Notes: generated by a model from the letters alone, not told the origin. Counted from the first letter of the whole stretch, positions 13,471-27,313 are shown. The stretch is DNA of 62,997 bases, filler included, from Vannella sp. (GCA_023345925.1; 6 parts of 6 records of this genome joined end to end with filler, not necessarily neighbours in it), one strand, 5' to 3'. Numbers and translations: made by a program.

Positions 13471-16400
13471 ATGACCATTTGGGCCATCGATCAACCTGCG
13501 CTTGCTCGAGATTCGTTTCGACAGTGGAAGAGGGTTGCGTTTCGACTCGAGGAAGGGCCAGAGCCAGCAGTTCATCTCTTCCACAAGCCTTCCTCTTCAG
13601 AGGCCTTTATTACTATCAAGTTAGCTGCCTTCTCGGTTGCTCTGGTGGACAAGAACATCAGCTTCTCCAAGAAGAAGAAGAGCCCTGTGTTGGTCCAGTT
13701 CTCTTCTGCATCAGCGGCTGAAGAGATCATGAAGCGCCTTCGGGTAAGTCTTCCTCCTTCCCCTCTCCTCCCACCGCGGTATCCTCTCGCTCACAGCGAG
13801 ACAGCCCTATTCTCTCGACTGTTCCAGTACGATATCCATCACAGACTTCCCTGAGCCAAGCGTGATGGGTGAGAACGTGCGCTTGCACGGGGATGTGACT
13901 GATATTGAGCAGCAAACGACCACGGGGACATCATGGAGGTCAACAAAGGGATGGCAGAACTGTTTGGATACTCGGTGGAAGAGATGGTGGGCCAGAACGT
14001 GAAGATCTTGATGGACAAGAGCATGGGAGACTCGCATCACCTTCTCGTTGCCAACTACTTCAAGACAGGAGTGCGAAGGCTCATTGGAAAGCCGCGCCTG
14101 GTCAAGGCGAGGCACAGTAATGGGTCCTTCTTCCCTGTCACCATCTTACTAGGGGAGATGGTCGAGAATGTCGACGGAATCAAAGTGTCTCGGCTCCTGG
14201 GGATGTTTACTCCTGTGGAGGACGCAGTTGCGTCGATGGCTACTTTGACAGAGGTCTCTTCTGCAACCTTCTCTGAGGATGAATGGTCAGACGACGACGA
14301 AATGGAGTCTTCGGATGCTCCTTTTAGCTTGGAGCCGATTGTCACAGTAATTGACAAGCTTGCTACTCACATTGAGTTGCGCGGTGGGTTTCTCTCCTAT
14401 TATCACAAGGAGGAACTCACCACTAGAGAACAGGCACAAAGGTCGAAGGTATCTTCCGACTCAGCGGCAACTTCTCCGAAGCGCAAGAGCTTTGGAGCGC
14501 TCTCTTTACGTTCCGTATGTGCCTGTAGACTTGTTCATTGGTTGGTTCTCACGCTGGTGGCGAAGATGATGATGTGGATCTGACTCAAGGGAACATTCAC
14601 AACTTATGCGATGTCCTGAAACGATGCCTGATGGAGAACGACATTATTGAGGCTGCTCAATATGACGAACTGCTAACGCTTGCAAAGGGTACGTGGAAAT
14701 ATGTGGAAAGTAAACCTGCTACGGCTGATGGATGTCAATAGATCACTTGGCAGATGAGGATATCTCACTTAAGATCCTGGAAGTACTGAGAAAACTCCCC
14801 CAATTCAATCAGCAGATCATCGGAAGGCTATGGATGCTTGTTCAGCATATTCTGGCTTGTTCAAAGTACAACAAAATGACGGAAAAGTCAATCTCTATTG
14901 TGGTAGCGCCCCTCCTCTTCAAGCCAGCCATTGAAAACGTTATTGCACACACTCAGCTTTTCTCTTTGCTAGTTACCTGCCTTCTCACACCGGAACAGCT
15001 CCGCATTACTTGCAATGTTCTCCCAAAGACGATGAATTATGTGTTGTACCGAGGCCCTGGAAAGCTGTCTGAGAGTGACTGGACCTTGATAATGACGCGA
15101 GCTGAAGTTGAATCGTACTCCAAGGGCGCTCAAATTCTCCCTGACGTGACGATCCAACAAAAGCTGTACCAACTGTCCTCTGGGGCCATCTCCCTGTTTA
15201 AAGATGGAGAGCTTGTTTGCACCATTCGTGAAGGTCAACTCATTCCCAAGATGGCAGTTCTGGAGAAGGAAGGAATGATTGCCATTGCGACACGTGCAAG
15301 TTCGGTTGTCAAACTGAGCGTCCCTTTTCTCACTGGCCTCTTCGAAACTGACCGCTCCCTCTACTTTCGTTTCTTTTGGGAGCAAGCGCGTGCCTGTGCT
15401 TCCCACCTTGCCTCTCTCCCGTTCATTATGACAGAGAAGGAGGAGGGAAGCAGCACTCGGACCACAAAAATCGAAATCCATCTTAACACAGGAGGCTCCC
15501 ACTGGATGGAGTTCCCTGTCGACATCACTGTCGCAAAGATGCACGAGATGCTCATTCAGACGTTCCCAAAGCTCAAGAGGGCAAGGCTCGTTGAGACATC
15601 GGAAGGGGAACAACCTCTCGCCCTCCAGCTCGAATGGACTGTCCAAGAGCTCCTTGTGAGAGCAAAGTACGCTTCAGACTACAAAATTCTTTTTGTATCC
15701 GAGGAGTCCCCAAAAGACCGCAAGCACTCTCGAAAGGAGAATCTGGAAGACGCTCTTGTTATTGGACAATACGAATGCAAACGAAAGAAGTTCGGAACGC
15801 TCCTTGTCATGCAAAGATACCTGCTACACACTTCAAAGCTCTTCGGAATGAACAGCAAACTCACGTTGAACTATCACGATATCCTCAGTTGCACCCAAAG
15901 GGGTAAATCAGTTATGATTACGGCGAACTTGGGTAAGATTCACGAATTTGTCTTTTCCTCGGAGAATGAAGCTTTGGAAGTCCGTCAGCTGCTCAAGTCT
16001 CTCTCACAAGGCACACTCTTCTCGCCAAGAGCCAGGAAACAATCGTCTGATGGCTATGTACCGACTGATTGGGCCATTATGCTCAAACCCTACAAGATTC
16101 TCCAGCCTGTTTTAATTGAGCTCAAGTCTGGCGATGTTGTAAGCGTGGTGGGGAGGAGTTCTGACCTGTTGTCGGCCATCTATCGAGGGCAGCGGGTTCA
16201 GATACCAATAGACTATGTTGAAGATCTCCCTTGTGAAGATCAATGTACCCTTCTTTCCCCAGAAGCGTCCAATGATCCGATCCTGTATCGTGGAGTCCTG
16301 CAGACCCTGAACAACAGTAACTGGGCTTCTATTCTAGCAAACGGAACGATCCTGCGGTATAGTGAAGGAGAGACAATAATTGCACCAAACTCCAAATTGC

Positions 16401-16780
16401 AACGCATCTTCCAGGTCGTCAGCGGGACCTGCTTACTTCGGACGGTTCTCTCAGACAAGGAATCCTCTGCGCTCTCAGCCTGCGAAAGGTGGAGAGGAAG
16501 TATTTCTGAATCTCCAAGCCATCTGCCTTTCTCAACCCTCACCCTGAAAACTCTCAGAGAGGGAGAGACATTCGGTGAGATTGGACTCCTTCTAGGAGAA
16601 AGCAGCTCGGCCTCTGTCGAAGCGAGCAGTCCCGAAACTATTGTCTTCGTGATGGAAGCGGCAAGATTGGACGCTCTGTTTTCCGAAAACCCAAAGATCG
16701 GCGGCCGCTTTGCCAGCTATCTGAACACCATTTTGGATCGCCGAATTCAATTTGAAACGCAAACTAGAATGGTGGTGTGA
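13471..16780 (+). CDS. Multidomain signalling protein: PH-like, FixL-type PAS, RhoGAP-like, cNMP-binding, GRAM, SH3, cNMP-binding (multi-exon; start codon uncertain)
   Basis: Canonical introns (13744-13804, about 13869-13913, and two more near 14515 and 14689) join the ORFs. PAS: LFGYSVEEMVGQNVKILM...SNGSFFPV. RhoGAP helices: LRKLPQFN...NKMTEKSISIVVAP. GRAM: GTLLVMQRYLLHTS. SH3: IELKSGDVVSV...IPIDYVE. cNMP: LREGETFGEI. Confidence 0.75.
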
Positions 16781-16900
16781 TAATCAATTGGATGCGCGAT
16801 GACAAAGGGAATAAATTCGGTCAAAGTATCTAGATATTTTCCCCTTTGAACTGGATTGGCTATTCTGCTTGCCATTTTCTTTCCTGGGCACCCTACAAGC

Positions 16901-17439
16901 ATGGACTTCGGTGCATTGATGTCCCAACTCTCGAACTTGGAGGCTCAGAACAAGCATGAAGAGCAAAAGTACCTGTCCGAAGTTGCAGCTCATCGGCTGA
17001 CGAGAAGCGCCCTGACCCAAGGTAAGGAACTCTCATGGGTTGGCTTCGGGATTAATCCTCTTCGGGAAAGCTGAGGAGCAATTGGAGCAGCAGAAATCCA
17101 ACCAACTGGGGACCCACGAAAAGTTGGGTTCCCTCCAGCGCGAGCTCGCGAACAAGTCCGCTCAAGCAGATGAATTGACCGCATCACTTGCCTCCACCCG
17201 AAAGGATCTTTTGTTGGTGAAGGAGCATCTCGAACGAGAGAAGAACGCAATGCAAAACAGAAAGTGAGCGGAGACGCGCTCCATATTGACACATTCTAAC
17301 GTCCTTCCCCCCAAGAGATGAATTCGTCGCCAAGATGCAAGAACTAGAAGACCTCTACCGCTGTTCCTTGCGCTTTCCAGAACAGGAGAACCTTCTTCAA
17401 GAGATCCTTCGACTTGGACAAACTCAATCGCAAGAGTAA
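16901..17439 (+). CDS. Small coiled-coil protein of unknown function (3 exons)
   Basis: MDFGALMSQL... joined through GTAAG and GTGAG introns to a heptad-rich middle exon and a last exon ending ...GQTQSQE*. Confidence 0.6.
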
Positions 17440-17511
17440 CGATGATGTCGCCATTTCACTAATAAACTGAGTGATAATTATTAGGGTCATTTGGTGGCGG
17501 CCCATTGATTC

Positions 17512-18637
17512 ATGTACCAAGACGCTCTTTTGGACAGCGGAGAGGAAGTGGTGACACATATTGAGGGAGGGCTTGGAAGTCACCCTCACCAGCATACTTG
17601 TTGGGATGATAACAGCCGCTTCTTTCTGCGCGCCTCTGTTCACCTGCTGACGACTTTCTTCGTCCTTCTCATCCTCACCCAGCTTTGCCTTTACTCTATC
17701 ACCTATCACCACATCACCAGAGTGTCCCCCGTCGTCATCTCACCATATGCAGACCTGATGGAAGTCATGGCGCTGAAACCTTGCGTTTTCCCACGCCATT
17801 CGGAGCCACTCCCCCGAGATGTTGACTGTCTCGCGGATTCCTCCTGCCCCTTCGGATACTCCTGCTCTTTAGTCGCTGACCAAGTGTCTCAAACGACTAA
17901 GTTTGTCTGTCTTGACACAACAAGGCACTGCGGTGATCTACACGTCTGTGCTGACTACATTGACAGTCTCCCATCCTTCGGAATGGCCTTGCCAGCCAAA
18001 CGTTCTGATGTTGAGGTCTCTGAAACGTTCTATGTCCTTGGTCTCCTTCCTTTGTTGATGAATCTGTTCATCCTCGTGGCTATCTGGACCATCTTCAACT
18101 TTGCGACGGCAGTTCGAGGAGATCCTTTACTCCCACGACCGCCAGCCACTTCAAGGCTCACCCTGATGATCTATGAGAACCTTGACAAGTACATCCCCGA
18201 CGACCTGCCATCTAGTGCGCTCTGCTTCATCAATCTGGTACGAATCACTCTCTCCAACCGTCCGATGTCTCACCTCCCTCCTTTAGATCATCCTTGCACC
18301 TTTGGCTGTGCTTATCTTCCTTTCAGGAACGTTCTTCCTGGTTGGAGTCACTCCTTCCCTCCACACTCTCACTGCAATCGCTGATGCTGATTGCTTTGAC
18401 GACAAATGGCTGTACCTCTTCACTTCCTCCATGGTGGGCTGGACCACTGCTATCTTTGTTGTAGAGCTGGTCTGTGTGTTCTTCCTTTGGCTTCTCATCT
18501 CGTTGTACATGATCAAACCCCTCTACATAGGCATCTGGGACCCTCGAGTCTTCCTCACTCTCATCCTGATAGTTATCGCTGTGTCTTCCATTGGGCTAGC
18601 AATCGAGTTCACTGATGTTGCCATTGCTGCAAACTAG
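17512..18637 (+). CDS. Multi-pass membrane protein with Cys-rich extracellular loop, unknown function (2 exons)
   Basis: About five hydrophobic segments; an intron at about 18238-18286 (GTACG...TTTAG) joins ORFs 17512..18384 and 18302..18637. Confidence 0.6.
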
Positions 18638-18688
18638 AAGGACTCTCCTTGCTCCCTGAAACAGCAGAATACAAGCTATTCGATGTCT

Positions 18689-19866
18689 TCATTGCTGCCG
18701 TTTCCTCTTCTTCCCTACCACTGCCACAGGCGCCTGGACTTCTTCCTCCTCCGAGACGGTCACTCCTGGAGCCATCCAAGCCCGCTCATTCTCAGAGAGA
18801 CTCCTCAGGGAAGCCCCGCTGATGACCGACTTGAAGGTCTTCCGTGTAACTGTCAAAGAGTGAGAAGGAGAGGCGATGAGAGTAAGACCTGGGGCTTACA
18901 AGAGTGGTGAAGAACAGCCGTACAGCTGAGCGAGAGCGAATTCTGTGCCTCTTGGAAGTTAAGGCCGAAGAGGTGCGCTCTGCTGGGGCGTGAGAACTCG
19001 AGGACGCGTGGTTACTACTCACAGTGAAGCAACGTCGTAAGGCGACCGCAGGGCGTGATAAGTGTTGGCCCCACTGGTGAAGAGAATGTTCTTCCCTTTC
19101 GTCAAACGTATCAAGTTCAAAGCATTCGCCATGAGAGTTTTGACAGAGTTGTCATCTATACTAGATCAATCAGTATCCCTGAAGGAAGATGGTGGCTGAT
19201 CTTTGATCCTACCAGAGAGCGCAGCAGAGTAGCAAAGCTCAAAGAAGATCCCGCGTTCGAGAGCCATCTTGATCATCGGGACTCGAAGGGAGAAGCCTTG
19301 TCGATCAGCTTGTGATAGAACGATTATGTCTACTTCAAGAGGAGCTGAGCATGCCTGCTGGAAGAGCTTCTCTGAAGTGGGTTCAACAGCGAGAATGTCA
19401 TAACTCCTCACGATCGGGCTGCTGGGATTCTGTCCTCCAGTGGGTCAAATGGGAGCTACTCAATTGAACTCTGGTAAGCTTACGAGCGAGTGAACTTGAT
19501 TGGGCGATTCCAGCTTCACTGTAAGACGTGAGAGCTGCCTAAATGGCTTCCGACCAAGAGACAGCGCTGAAGCTCCTTCCTCCTCTCCTTCAATAGTGAC
19601 AGGTTTGAATGTATTCATCTACTATGGTTATTTCTCTCTCCACCAGCTGACATCCTCTTCTCACATGCTCTCCTGGTTGTAAAGTGCTCAGAACTCTTCG
19701 ATTGACGGCAACACAGCTGTAGCCCACTGACCAAGCTCCTCATCAACAACCCTCATATACCACAGTGAACTACAAACTCACGCTTCTTCGCCCTGAGGAT
19801 ACGCTGGGTCAACTCCGACCTCTGCGCCGAGAAGGGCAAGTTCAAGTCCCCAAACTCTCGAGACAT
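18689..19866 (-). CDS. RPP30: RNase P/MRP subunit p30 (multi-exon)
   Basis: DLN near the N-terminus, GYSCVAVN, QLSRLTV, YDILAVEP, GIFFELCYS, LTKGKNILFTSGA, LRSPYDVA, TRKTFKSVI, basic C-terminus KKRKRQQ*. Confidence 0.9.
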
Positions 19867-20473
19867 GAAGAAATGATCCTTTGAAGGGAATGGGATTATT
19901 GGGCTTATTCCTCGGTGAGATCGATTATCTCCATCTTCTTCGATTCCTCTCTCTTCGGCTTTGCTTGAAGAGGGGCCCGAAGAGGGTCTCGGGCGAGACG
20001 AGGAGTCTCCTCGAGTAGAACTTCATCCATCGCTCCTGCTGGTAGTTCGGCAATGATCGACAAGAGCTGCCCCATTCAAAGGACAACGGGAGGATGAGGA
20101 TGCGTAACCATCGACCCCAAGATATCTCATAAATATCTTCTATCCCACGACACTGCGCTTCCAGACTATGAAGGCTCAAACTCTCCTAACAAACGAAGAA
20201 GATCGAGAGAGTTGCAACAAGGGTTTCGGTTCTTCTGAGGGTACTCTATGACCACTGTAGCCAACCATCTTCACAGTTCTCCACTCCGACTCTTGTAGCC
20301 AAATACCTCTTCTAAAGTTGTCTAGATCCAGCTTGCGGAAGGGCAAAACGTTCCATCCCTGGCAGTTGATGAAAGAATAGAGTGGGAAGGTCAAGAGTTA
20401 ATAAGAACTTGGTTTACATTTATTCAAGCGAAGAAAGCTATTGTTACAAGAGAGCAAGATTATGCCTCGCCAC

Positions 20474-20573
20474 NNNNNNNNNNNNNNNNNNNNNNNNNNN
20501 NNNNNNNNNNNNNNNNNTTAATTAATTAANNNNNNNNNNNNNNNNNNNNNNNNNNNNNNNNNNNNNNNNNNNN
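20474..20573. other. Artificial contig spacer (N44-TTAATTAATTAA-N44)
   Basis: Identical 100-nt spacer with stop codons in all frames occurs five times in the window. Confidence 0.97.
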
Positions 20574-22392
20574 ACCAAGAGGGCGCGTAGATATGGACGG
20601 GTTCATCAGGGAAGTCGAGCGCATCACTAGTCTCCTTGACTCGGCCAGTAGGGTCGAGCAGACCATTCGCGGAGGTCCTCATGGCGACTATGAGTTGTAT
20701 GGCAACTGTTTAAAGAACATAGCAGAGGCAGAGACCTACCTTAGAACCGATGGTGCATCCTTCAAGGCTGCAGGAACCATCGTTGCTCACTTGGAGCGCC
20801 TCAAAGTGATCGGACAAGAGAAGTGTGACGAATCCCTTGTCAACCTACTCAGCAAAGCGAGTACGCCGGTCACCCCAAGCCAGATTCTATCCCAAGTCGA
20901 TACCTCCGTTCCCTTAGACGAGCTGGCACTCCCTGAAGCGCGTGTTCCGCTGTCCAAGGACAAACTCAAAGAGATATCAGTCCTTTCGGAGGCCCTCTCA
21001 TCCTGCCCAGGCGTCTACCAAGTCCGCTGGATCAAAGAATACCTTCAAAGGCGAAGTGCATTCCTCGTACAGAGTCTCCAAGCCTATCAAGTGGAAAGAG
21101 CATTTCAGGAGTTCATTGACAACCGCAAGGCTAAAGGGGACCGATTACAGCCTTTTATAGAGCTGCTATTGATGTTTCTACCGTTGGTTCAAGGCGAACG
21201 CCTTTTGGCACAGAAAATCCTTCTCAGAGACTGGAAAGGCGGTTATGCTGCGGTGATAGAGCCAGCTGTTGACTTTGTGACAGAGTCAGGGGAGACTCTG
21301 TTGAAGCTCTATGCTGCCGTATCGATTTTCCTTCGATTCCCTTTGTTGAATGTTTTACAGTTCTTTTCTCGGATTCAGGCGCACTTGAAGGCTCTGTTCA
21401 ACTCTCCTGAGACTTCAAAGTATCTCATTGACTTGGAGAATCTTCGCGGCCAGGTCCAGGGGAGGATGAAGGTCTCTTTGGCCCAAGTGAGTGAGTCCAT
21501 TCGCAGTTCCCACGATCCTATTCGCGATAGCGGGACTGTTGATCAGCTGACGAGTAACGTCATCACATTTTTGGTCAACATTGAGCATCACCAAGCTTCT
21601 GTAGACCAAATGCTCCCCGCAGTGGAGCAACGAAAGGGCGAAACGGGCAATTCTCCCTTTGCAGTCTATCTCAATACTGTATTGGAGGACTTGCTAACTG
21701 CTATCGTGAGTAAAGCGAACGCAGAGAAGTCAGTTCCTCTTAAAAGCGTCTACGCTATGAACAACATCAAGTACATGGTCCTAAAGCTCCTAAAGAGCTC
21801 GTTAAGCACCATAATTTCTGCTGCGTTGCTCGAGAAGGCCGAGAAACAACTCCTTCACTTCAGGGGAACCTACAAAGCTTCGTATGTTCCCCACCGTCTT
21901 GATTTGGTCTAATGACTAACCGCCCTTCATAGATGGAACAAATGCCTTGGTAATCTCACCCCAAAGGCTTTGACAAAACTGAAGAAAAGTAACATTCAAG
22001 TGCGTTGACTCATGTGAAAGTTCTCTCATCTCCCAAACTAAGCGAATGGCAGGGCTTTAACAGTGAATTTGAAGAAATGTTCCGGCAGCAACAGCAACTT
22101 GTCGTTTCGAATAAGGAGCTCAAGGAGGAGCTTATTAAGGAGATTAAGCAGCTTACTATGCCAAGCTATGAAGCTTTCCTTGTGAGGTAGGTTAACGTTG
22201 AATCTTCTTTGGGATGGTGCACCCAATAATATCAATTCCAGGGTGCGAGAGTCTCTTGGCGATGACCAAAGCCTCATTAAGTACCCTCCTCGTGTGATGG
22301 AGCGAATGTTTGATGGAATGTTCACTGGTGCAGGTGCTGAAGAGTCCAAGCCAAAGAAGAGTCTTCTTGGTCTCCACAAGCTCAAAGGATGA
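20574..22392 (+). CDS. EXO70: Exocyst subunit Exo70 (5' truncated by contig end)
   Basis: DSGTVDQLTSNV, VYAMNNIKYM, FNSEFEEMFRQQ, LIKYPP; short introns near the 3' end. Confidence 0.8.
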
Positions 22393-22484
22393 CGCGAAAC
22401 AGATCCAGAATCTCAAAACGACATGACCGCTTTATTGGAGATGGAGGGAACAGTAACACAGGGAGAGGGACAGTCACTTCTCAC

Positions 22485-25400
22485 TTATTCCAAAGTGGAG
22501 AGAGAGTGGAGGGTATCAAGAAGAGTGGCAGAAGACCAAGCTTGGGTATCACAAGAGTGAGGGCAATGCTCGCCATTCTTGTTGGTAAGTTCAGGGATTC
22601 CTCCCCAAGGAGAGGACTTGATGAAAGTGCTGTGAGCGCGAAGAACTTCCCCAATCTGTTCCTTCAAGAGAGAATTCTTTCTTTCGAAGATGACTCGAGC
22701 GCGCAAGTAGTATCCCATCAGCCAAACCCATTCCTTTTGATGAGAGTATTAGAGAGTCCAATTCATAGGAGGAGGGAGATACTTACTGGCCCTTGGTGAT
22801 AATTGAATCCCTTTGCCAAATAGAAGCCATCAGTCGATTGAGTATCGTAGAAAGGAGCATAGCGGGGATGACTTGGGTCGAGTGTCACCATTCCCAGTGG
22901 GCCGGCCAAGTATTTGGTGACATTCCCGAGAACTTCAACTGCATGTGCCGCGTTAAACAACTCTGGGGCCACTACCATGGCCACACAGAGGTTAGGACGG
23001 AACATGTAGTCGCTGTTGGCGTCGCTGGCACCGACAGTGTCTTTGTAGATGCCACGGCGGGAGATGAGAGACAAATCTAAGCTGAACTCCCCGTCGTTAT
23101 CACCGCGGGAAGGTACAAAGAAGTGCTTCTCAAAGGATTGCACAATAAGCTCGTGCCATTGTCCATAAGTCCACCGTTCTGCTGTCTTCCCCACGACAAG
23201 GGGAGTCTGAGAGAAGCCGTGCTGCTCAAGAGAAGAGAGCCAACGAAGAGTGGAAGCCAACAAGCCGATGATTTCTACATCAGCACCGTCTCTGGGAGTT
23301 GCAGGGACTCCTCTGTTCCCAGCTTCCTCATACTCTCCCATCTTATCCATCCAGGTGCCACAATTCCAGCGGTTTCCACCATGAATGAACCCAGTGAGTG
23401 GGTCGCAAGTGATGTTAATGTTGAAGCCTTCATCCCGCATGTGTGCGTCAATCTGTTGCCCCGCGTTCCACTCCCGGAAGTGGATTCCTGCGGCGTGCTT
23501 CTCAAGAATCTCCTGGAGAATCTCAGCCAAAGAGCTGAACTTCTCCTCCCTTGGAGCTTCTTGTGCATCGTGAGGGAAGTAACGAAGAGTCTTTGTCTCT
23601 TGGAGGAACTTCACAGCTGCTGTGGGGTTCTCTGGATACACAAACTGGCAGTAGTCTTGAACTGCTTGTGCGAACCACCAAGTGGCATCACGTGCATTGA
23701 ATCGTGGGTTCTCCCCGCCGCTCAAGAGATTGGGAATCAGTCCGTGACGGAGACAAGAGGCGAAGGCCAGAATCAAGTCCAGAGCTTCATCAAAGCGTCC
23801 AGTGACGAGCATCAAGCCACGGAGGGCGATGAAAGTGTCTCGTCCCCAGCTGCGCATGTATCCCTCAGAGAAATGTGGCAATCCAGCTGACATGGAAGGG
23901 GATAAGCGTCCCGCTTTACCCTCAAGGTAGCGCAGAGGAGCAGAGCGAATAGCACCATACACTTGGACAGAGCAGAGAGCCAAGGCCTTGGTAAAGGAGC
24001 ACCCTTCCTGGATGAAAGGTGACATCTGGGAGAATACCCGTTGCAGGGAGCGATGATACAAGTGGGTGAGGTACCAATGGATGTACTTGGGCTGCAAGAA
24101 GGAATAGAAGTCCTTCAGGAACGCTTGCATCTTCCTCATCCAACGCTGTAGAATGGGATAAGATCCCAATCGGTCCGACATGAAGTCGATCAGCCAAGGG
24201 CCCGCACGAATGTTGTCACAAATAGGGTGAGAAACAGTACTGCTCTCTGGTACCGTATTGAAACACAGAATTGCCCCAGCAAGGCCACTGTAAGTCATAT
24301 TCCCCCATCCAGGAATGTTGTACGTGCCCGCCTCATCCTCCACAGAGCAGCGGAACAGGATCTTGTTCAAATCAACAAGCGAAAGCTGTGAGAGGATCGT
24401 CTCCAAGTCCTCCATGTTCATGGGGTCTTGGAGTTTCTGCTTTGCAAGGGCAACAGAAGTGGGAAGGCGAGTGGAAAGACTCAAGATAGATCCTGGAGGG
24501 AACTTGGTAAGGACCAAATCACCATCCACGATGTTGTACATGGCGGTGGTGGGTTTGGTTGTTGGATTAGAGTGGGGCCAGTACAGTGTAGGAACAAGGC
24601 CATTGATAAAAGTCTCGTCTCTCTCCCAGTGGGACTTATCAGCACGAACCAGTCCAACAAACAGCTCTTCTACAAACTCTCCTGAAATAGCAAAGCGGGG
24701 GAATGAGTTCAAAGGAGCTGGGTGAGCAGAGAAGGCCGTGTGAACGAGTGTGTAGACACTCTTGTGGTTCTCAGGGTTGTGGCGAACCATCATGATGAGA
24801 GGCCCCTCTTGATGGATGTGGAATTCAGTATATCCCTTGCTCCATAGTCCCTGGTGAAGCTCATTCAACCGCTCCTTGCACAACTCAATACCCCCTCCCA
24901 CAGACTCATCAGAGTAGATTCGCTTCTCTGTGACAACGTCAATACGATGAGGAACCAGCTGATCGTATCCCAAGACAGAACCGATAGTGCAGTTGGTGGT
25001 GGCTACTAAAGCTGCGTTGGGGAGTGCGTCAACGGCAGTGCGTTTCTCAGCTGGAGTCTCGTTATCGTGGGAGCACTCGAGGAACATATTCCGCGGCGTC
25101 TTGCCATAGAGGAAGACAGGAGGCTTAGTCGAATGCAAGAAGGGCTCTTGGGCAAGAGACACTACCTCTGGGAAGAATGACCCAATGGCGTTCCGGCTTC
25201 CACCACTGTACTCGTAGACCCGAGAAGCAAGGACACTTGCATCGCTCGCTTGCATTGCCTCCCCAATCAGACAAGTGAGTCCAAGTTGCTCACAGTAACT
25301 GACTGCCGCCTCGGGCTCCACAAAGAGCTCCGCACACACGAAGAGGTTCGGTCGGACAGAGCGTGCAGCTTGAAGGAGGTAGCGAGCGACTGGGAGGGGA

Positions 25401-27101
25401 GTGGTATGACAATTATCCAGGCGGAATCCATGGAAGAGGCGCGCAGTTTGGACTGTATACTTCTTCATGTGATCCCACAAGAAGGGCGAGTCCTCTGGCT
25501 TGGCACCATACCGCAATCTCACGCAATCGGACCATACAATCAACTGCCTGCGCAAATAGATTCGCTGGGCCGGGCTGGTGATGTCCAGAGTGTTAGAAGC
25601 ACCCATAACCCATCCCGCATTGGCACAAGCCAGGTTATTAGCACCGTCTACCGACAGGTCATGAACGATTTCGTCCTCATCCTCATCATCTGGCATCTCA
25701 GGGCGCTGATAAGGCACATCCTTCACCGTAGTAAAGTACTTGGGGAACAACGGACTCTTCTCATCGACAAAGTCGAGACGCGGGCCGGCGGGGTCGATGC
25801 GTTCGTAGATCAAGGCGGCTCGGAGGCTCTTCAGGATGGCCGTTTGGTCCACTTTCCATTGCTCAAAGTGACTTTGATTAAAGCGGTCAATGGCTCGTCG
25901 GAACGCAACGCACTTCTCCTGAACGCTCTCCTTGGACTTGCCAATCAGCTGGAGAGCGCAGCCCATGCGGACCTTCTTGGAGCCTCGGCGACCATCTCCT
26001 GCGATGATGCATTCATCAGTGAGGGCATTGGAGCAAGGATGGTGTTGGTGTTCGATAGGAACGGCATCACGGACACTCTCTGGGGCACTAACGAGTCGTT
26101 GGAACTCGCTGATTTGGTCGGGAATGTCGACGACGAAGAACTCCCAAAGTTTAAGGCCTGGTAGGACCTTGCGCTTGAGGTCATCGATGATCTTATCAAC
26201 GTCCTCCTCTGTGTTGATCACATCGCAACGGCGCATGGCTCTACGGTGGAGCCGATGGAGAGCACGGTCGAGGCAGTAAGCAGGGCGGAGGTGTGGGGAG
26301 TTGCTCAGGTTAAAGGACGCATCGGATTGATCTTTAAGCCACGGAGTGTTGGTTGCTACGTGGTTCCAGACCACATCGCAGACAGAGAAGAGTCCCTGTT
26401 GGGCATAGGAGTTGATAAACTCGGAAAGGCGACGTTCCTTGTCCTCTTCGCTCATGTTCTGGCCATCTGCGAGCTGGTCTGTGAGTTTCAACTGGTCTGC
26501 AATGCTGTAGCATGACCCAGACTCGCCCACCACCTGCACAGGTGTGAAGTGGACCATGTTGTAGCGCAACTTGCGGATACCTTCGAATACAGGCTTCCAG
26601 TGGGCAAAGTTGCCAAGGCATTTGGTCAACACAGTCTCACAGATAACAGAGGACAGGGGAACGGGTTGGTTCTCGCCGTGGACAAGCTCCGGCTCCACCA
26701 AGAAGTACCCGACGGCACTTTGGCGGCCATCTTCCAGTTTCATGACGAGTTGGAAGTTGCCAGACTTCTCAATGGACAAGGAAGCCTCCCATGCGTGGTT
26801 CTTGGGGTTGTACGAGCAGCTAGAACAGGCGGCGTGATCAGTCGCCTCCTGCGCAAGGAAGCGAGAGAGAAGCGCGCTCTTACCTGGTAATGGGAACTAG
26901 GTTATCCGAGAAGCTGTCTGGGTAGTTGGTGAGAAGTGTGGGGGTTACCACGCAGGTCCAGGTGAAGCGGATGGTGGAGTGCAAAGGAACGTAAAGGATC
27001 CTTGTCTGCTCCTTCTCGATCACTGACCAACCATCAACGGGACGCTTTGGTGTTGACACGTTCGTCAACCGAACCCAAAACTCTTCCTGCGAGTGACTCA
27101 T
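22485..27101 (-). CDS. AGL: Glycogen debranching enzyme (4-alpha-glucanotransferase / amylo-1,6-glucosidase)
   Basis: DVVWNH, GFRLDNCHTTP, CSHDN, AGLPHF, WGRDTFI, TWMDKMG, TPRDGA, YHQGP|EW, QAWS. Confidence 0.97.
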
Positions 27102-27313
27102 CAAGGCGACCTCAAACTGAACCTCCGGCGCTCAGAAAAGTCAAATCTTTTCAATTTCTTGTTTCCCTCCAATTGATAAACAGCCTAGAACGGTTGGCAA
27201 TGTGCTCGTTTGCACAATTAAAAAATCAGAAAAAGAGTGGACATGGTTGACCCTCACCATTCTCTTCTTTCTGAGGAGGAGAGTCCCAACACGCATCACT
27301 GCGGAGGTCGGTC

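Noticed and set aside
18630..18822. Possible frameshift extending the membrane protein beyond 18637
   Set aside because: The open frame is the antisense shadow of the last RPP30 exon (…TRKTFKSVI…KKRKRQQ*, stop at 18689).
19905..20473. Possible 3' part of a minus-strand gene ending ...MEIIDLTEE*
   Set aside because: Plausible but truncated by the contig end; I could not build a consistent exon chain or recognise a family.
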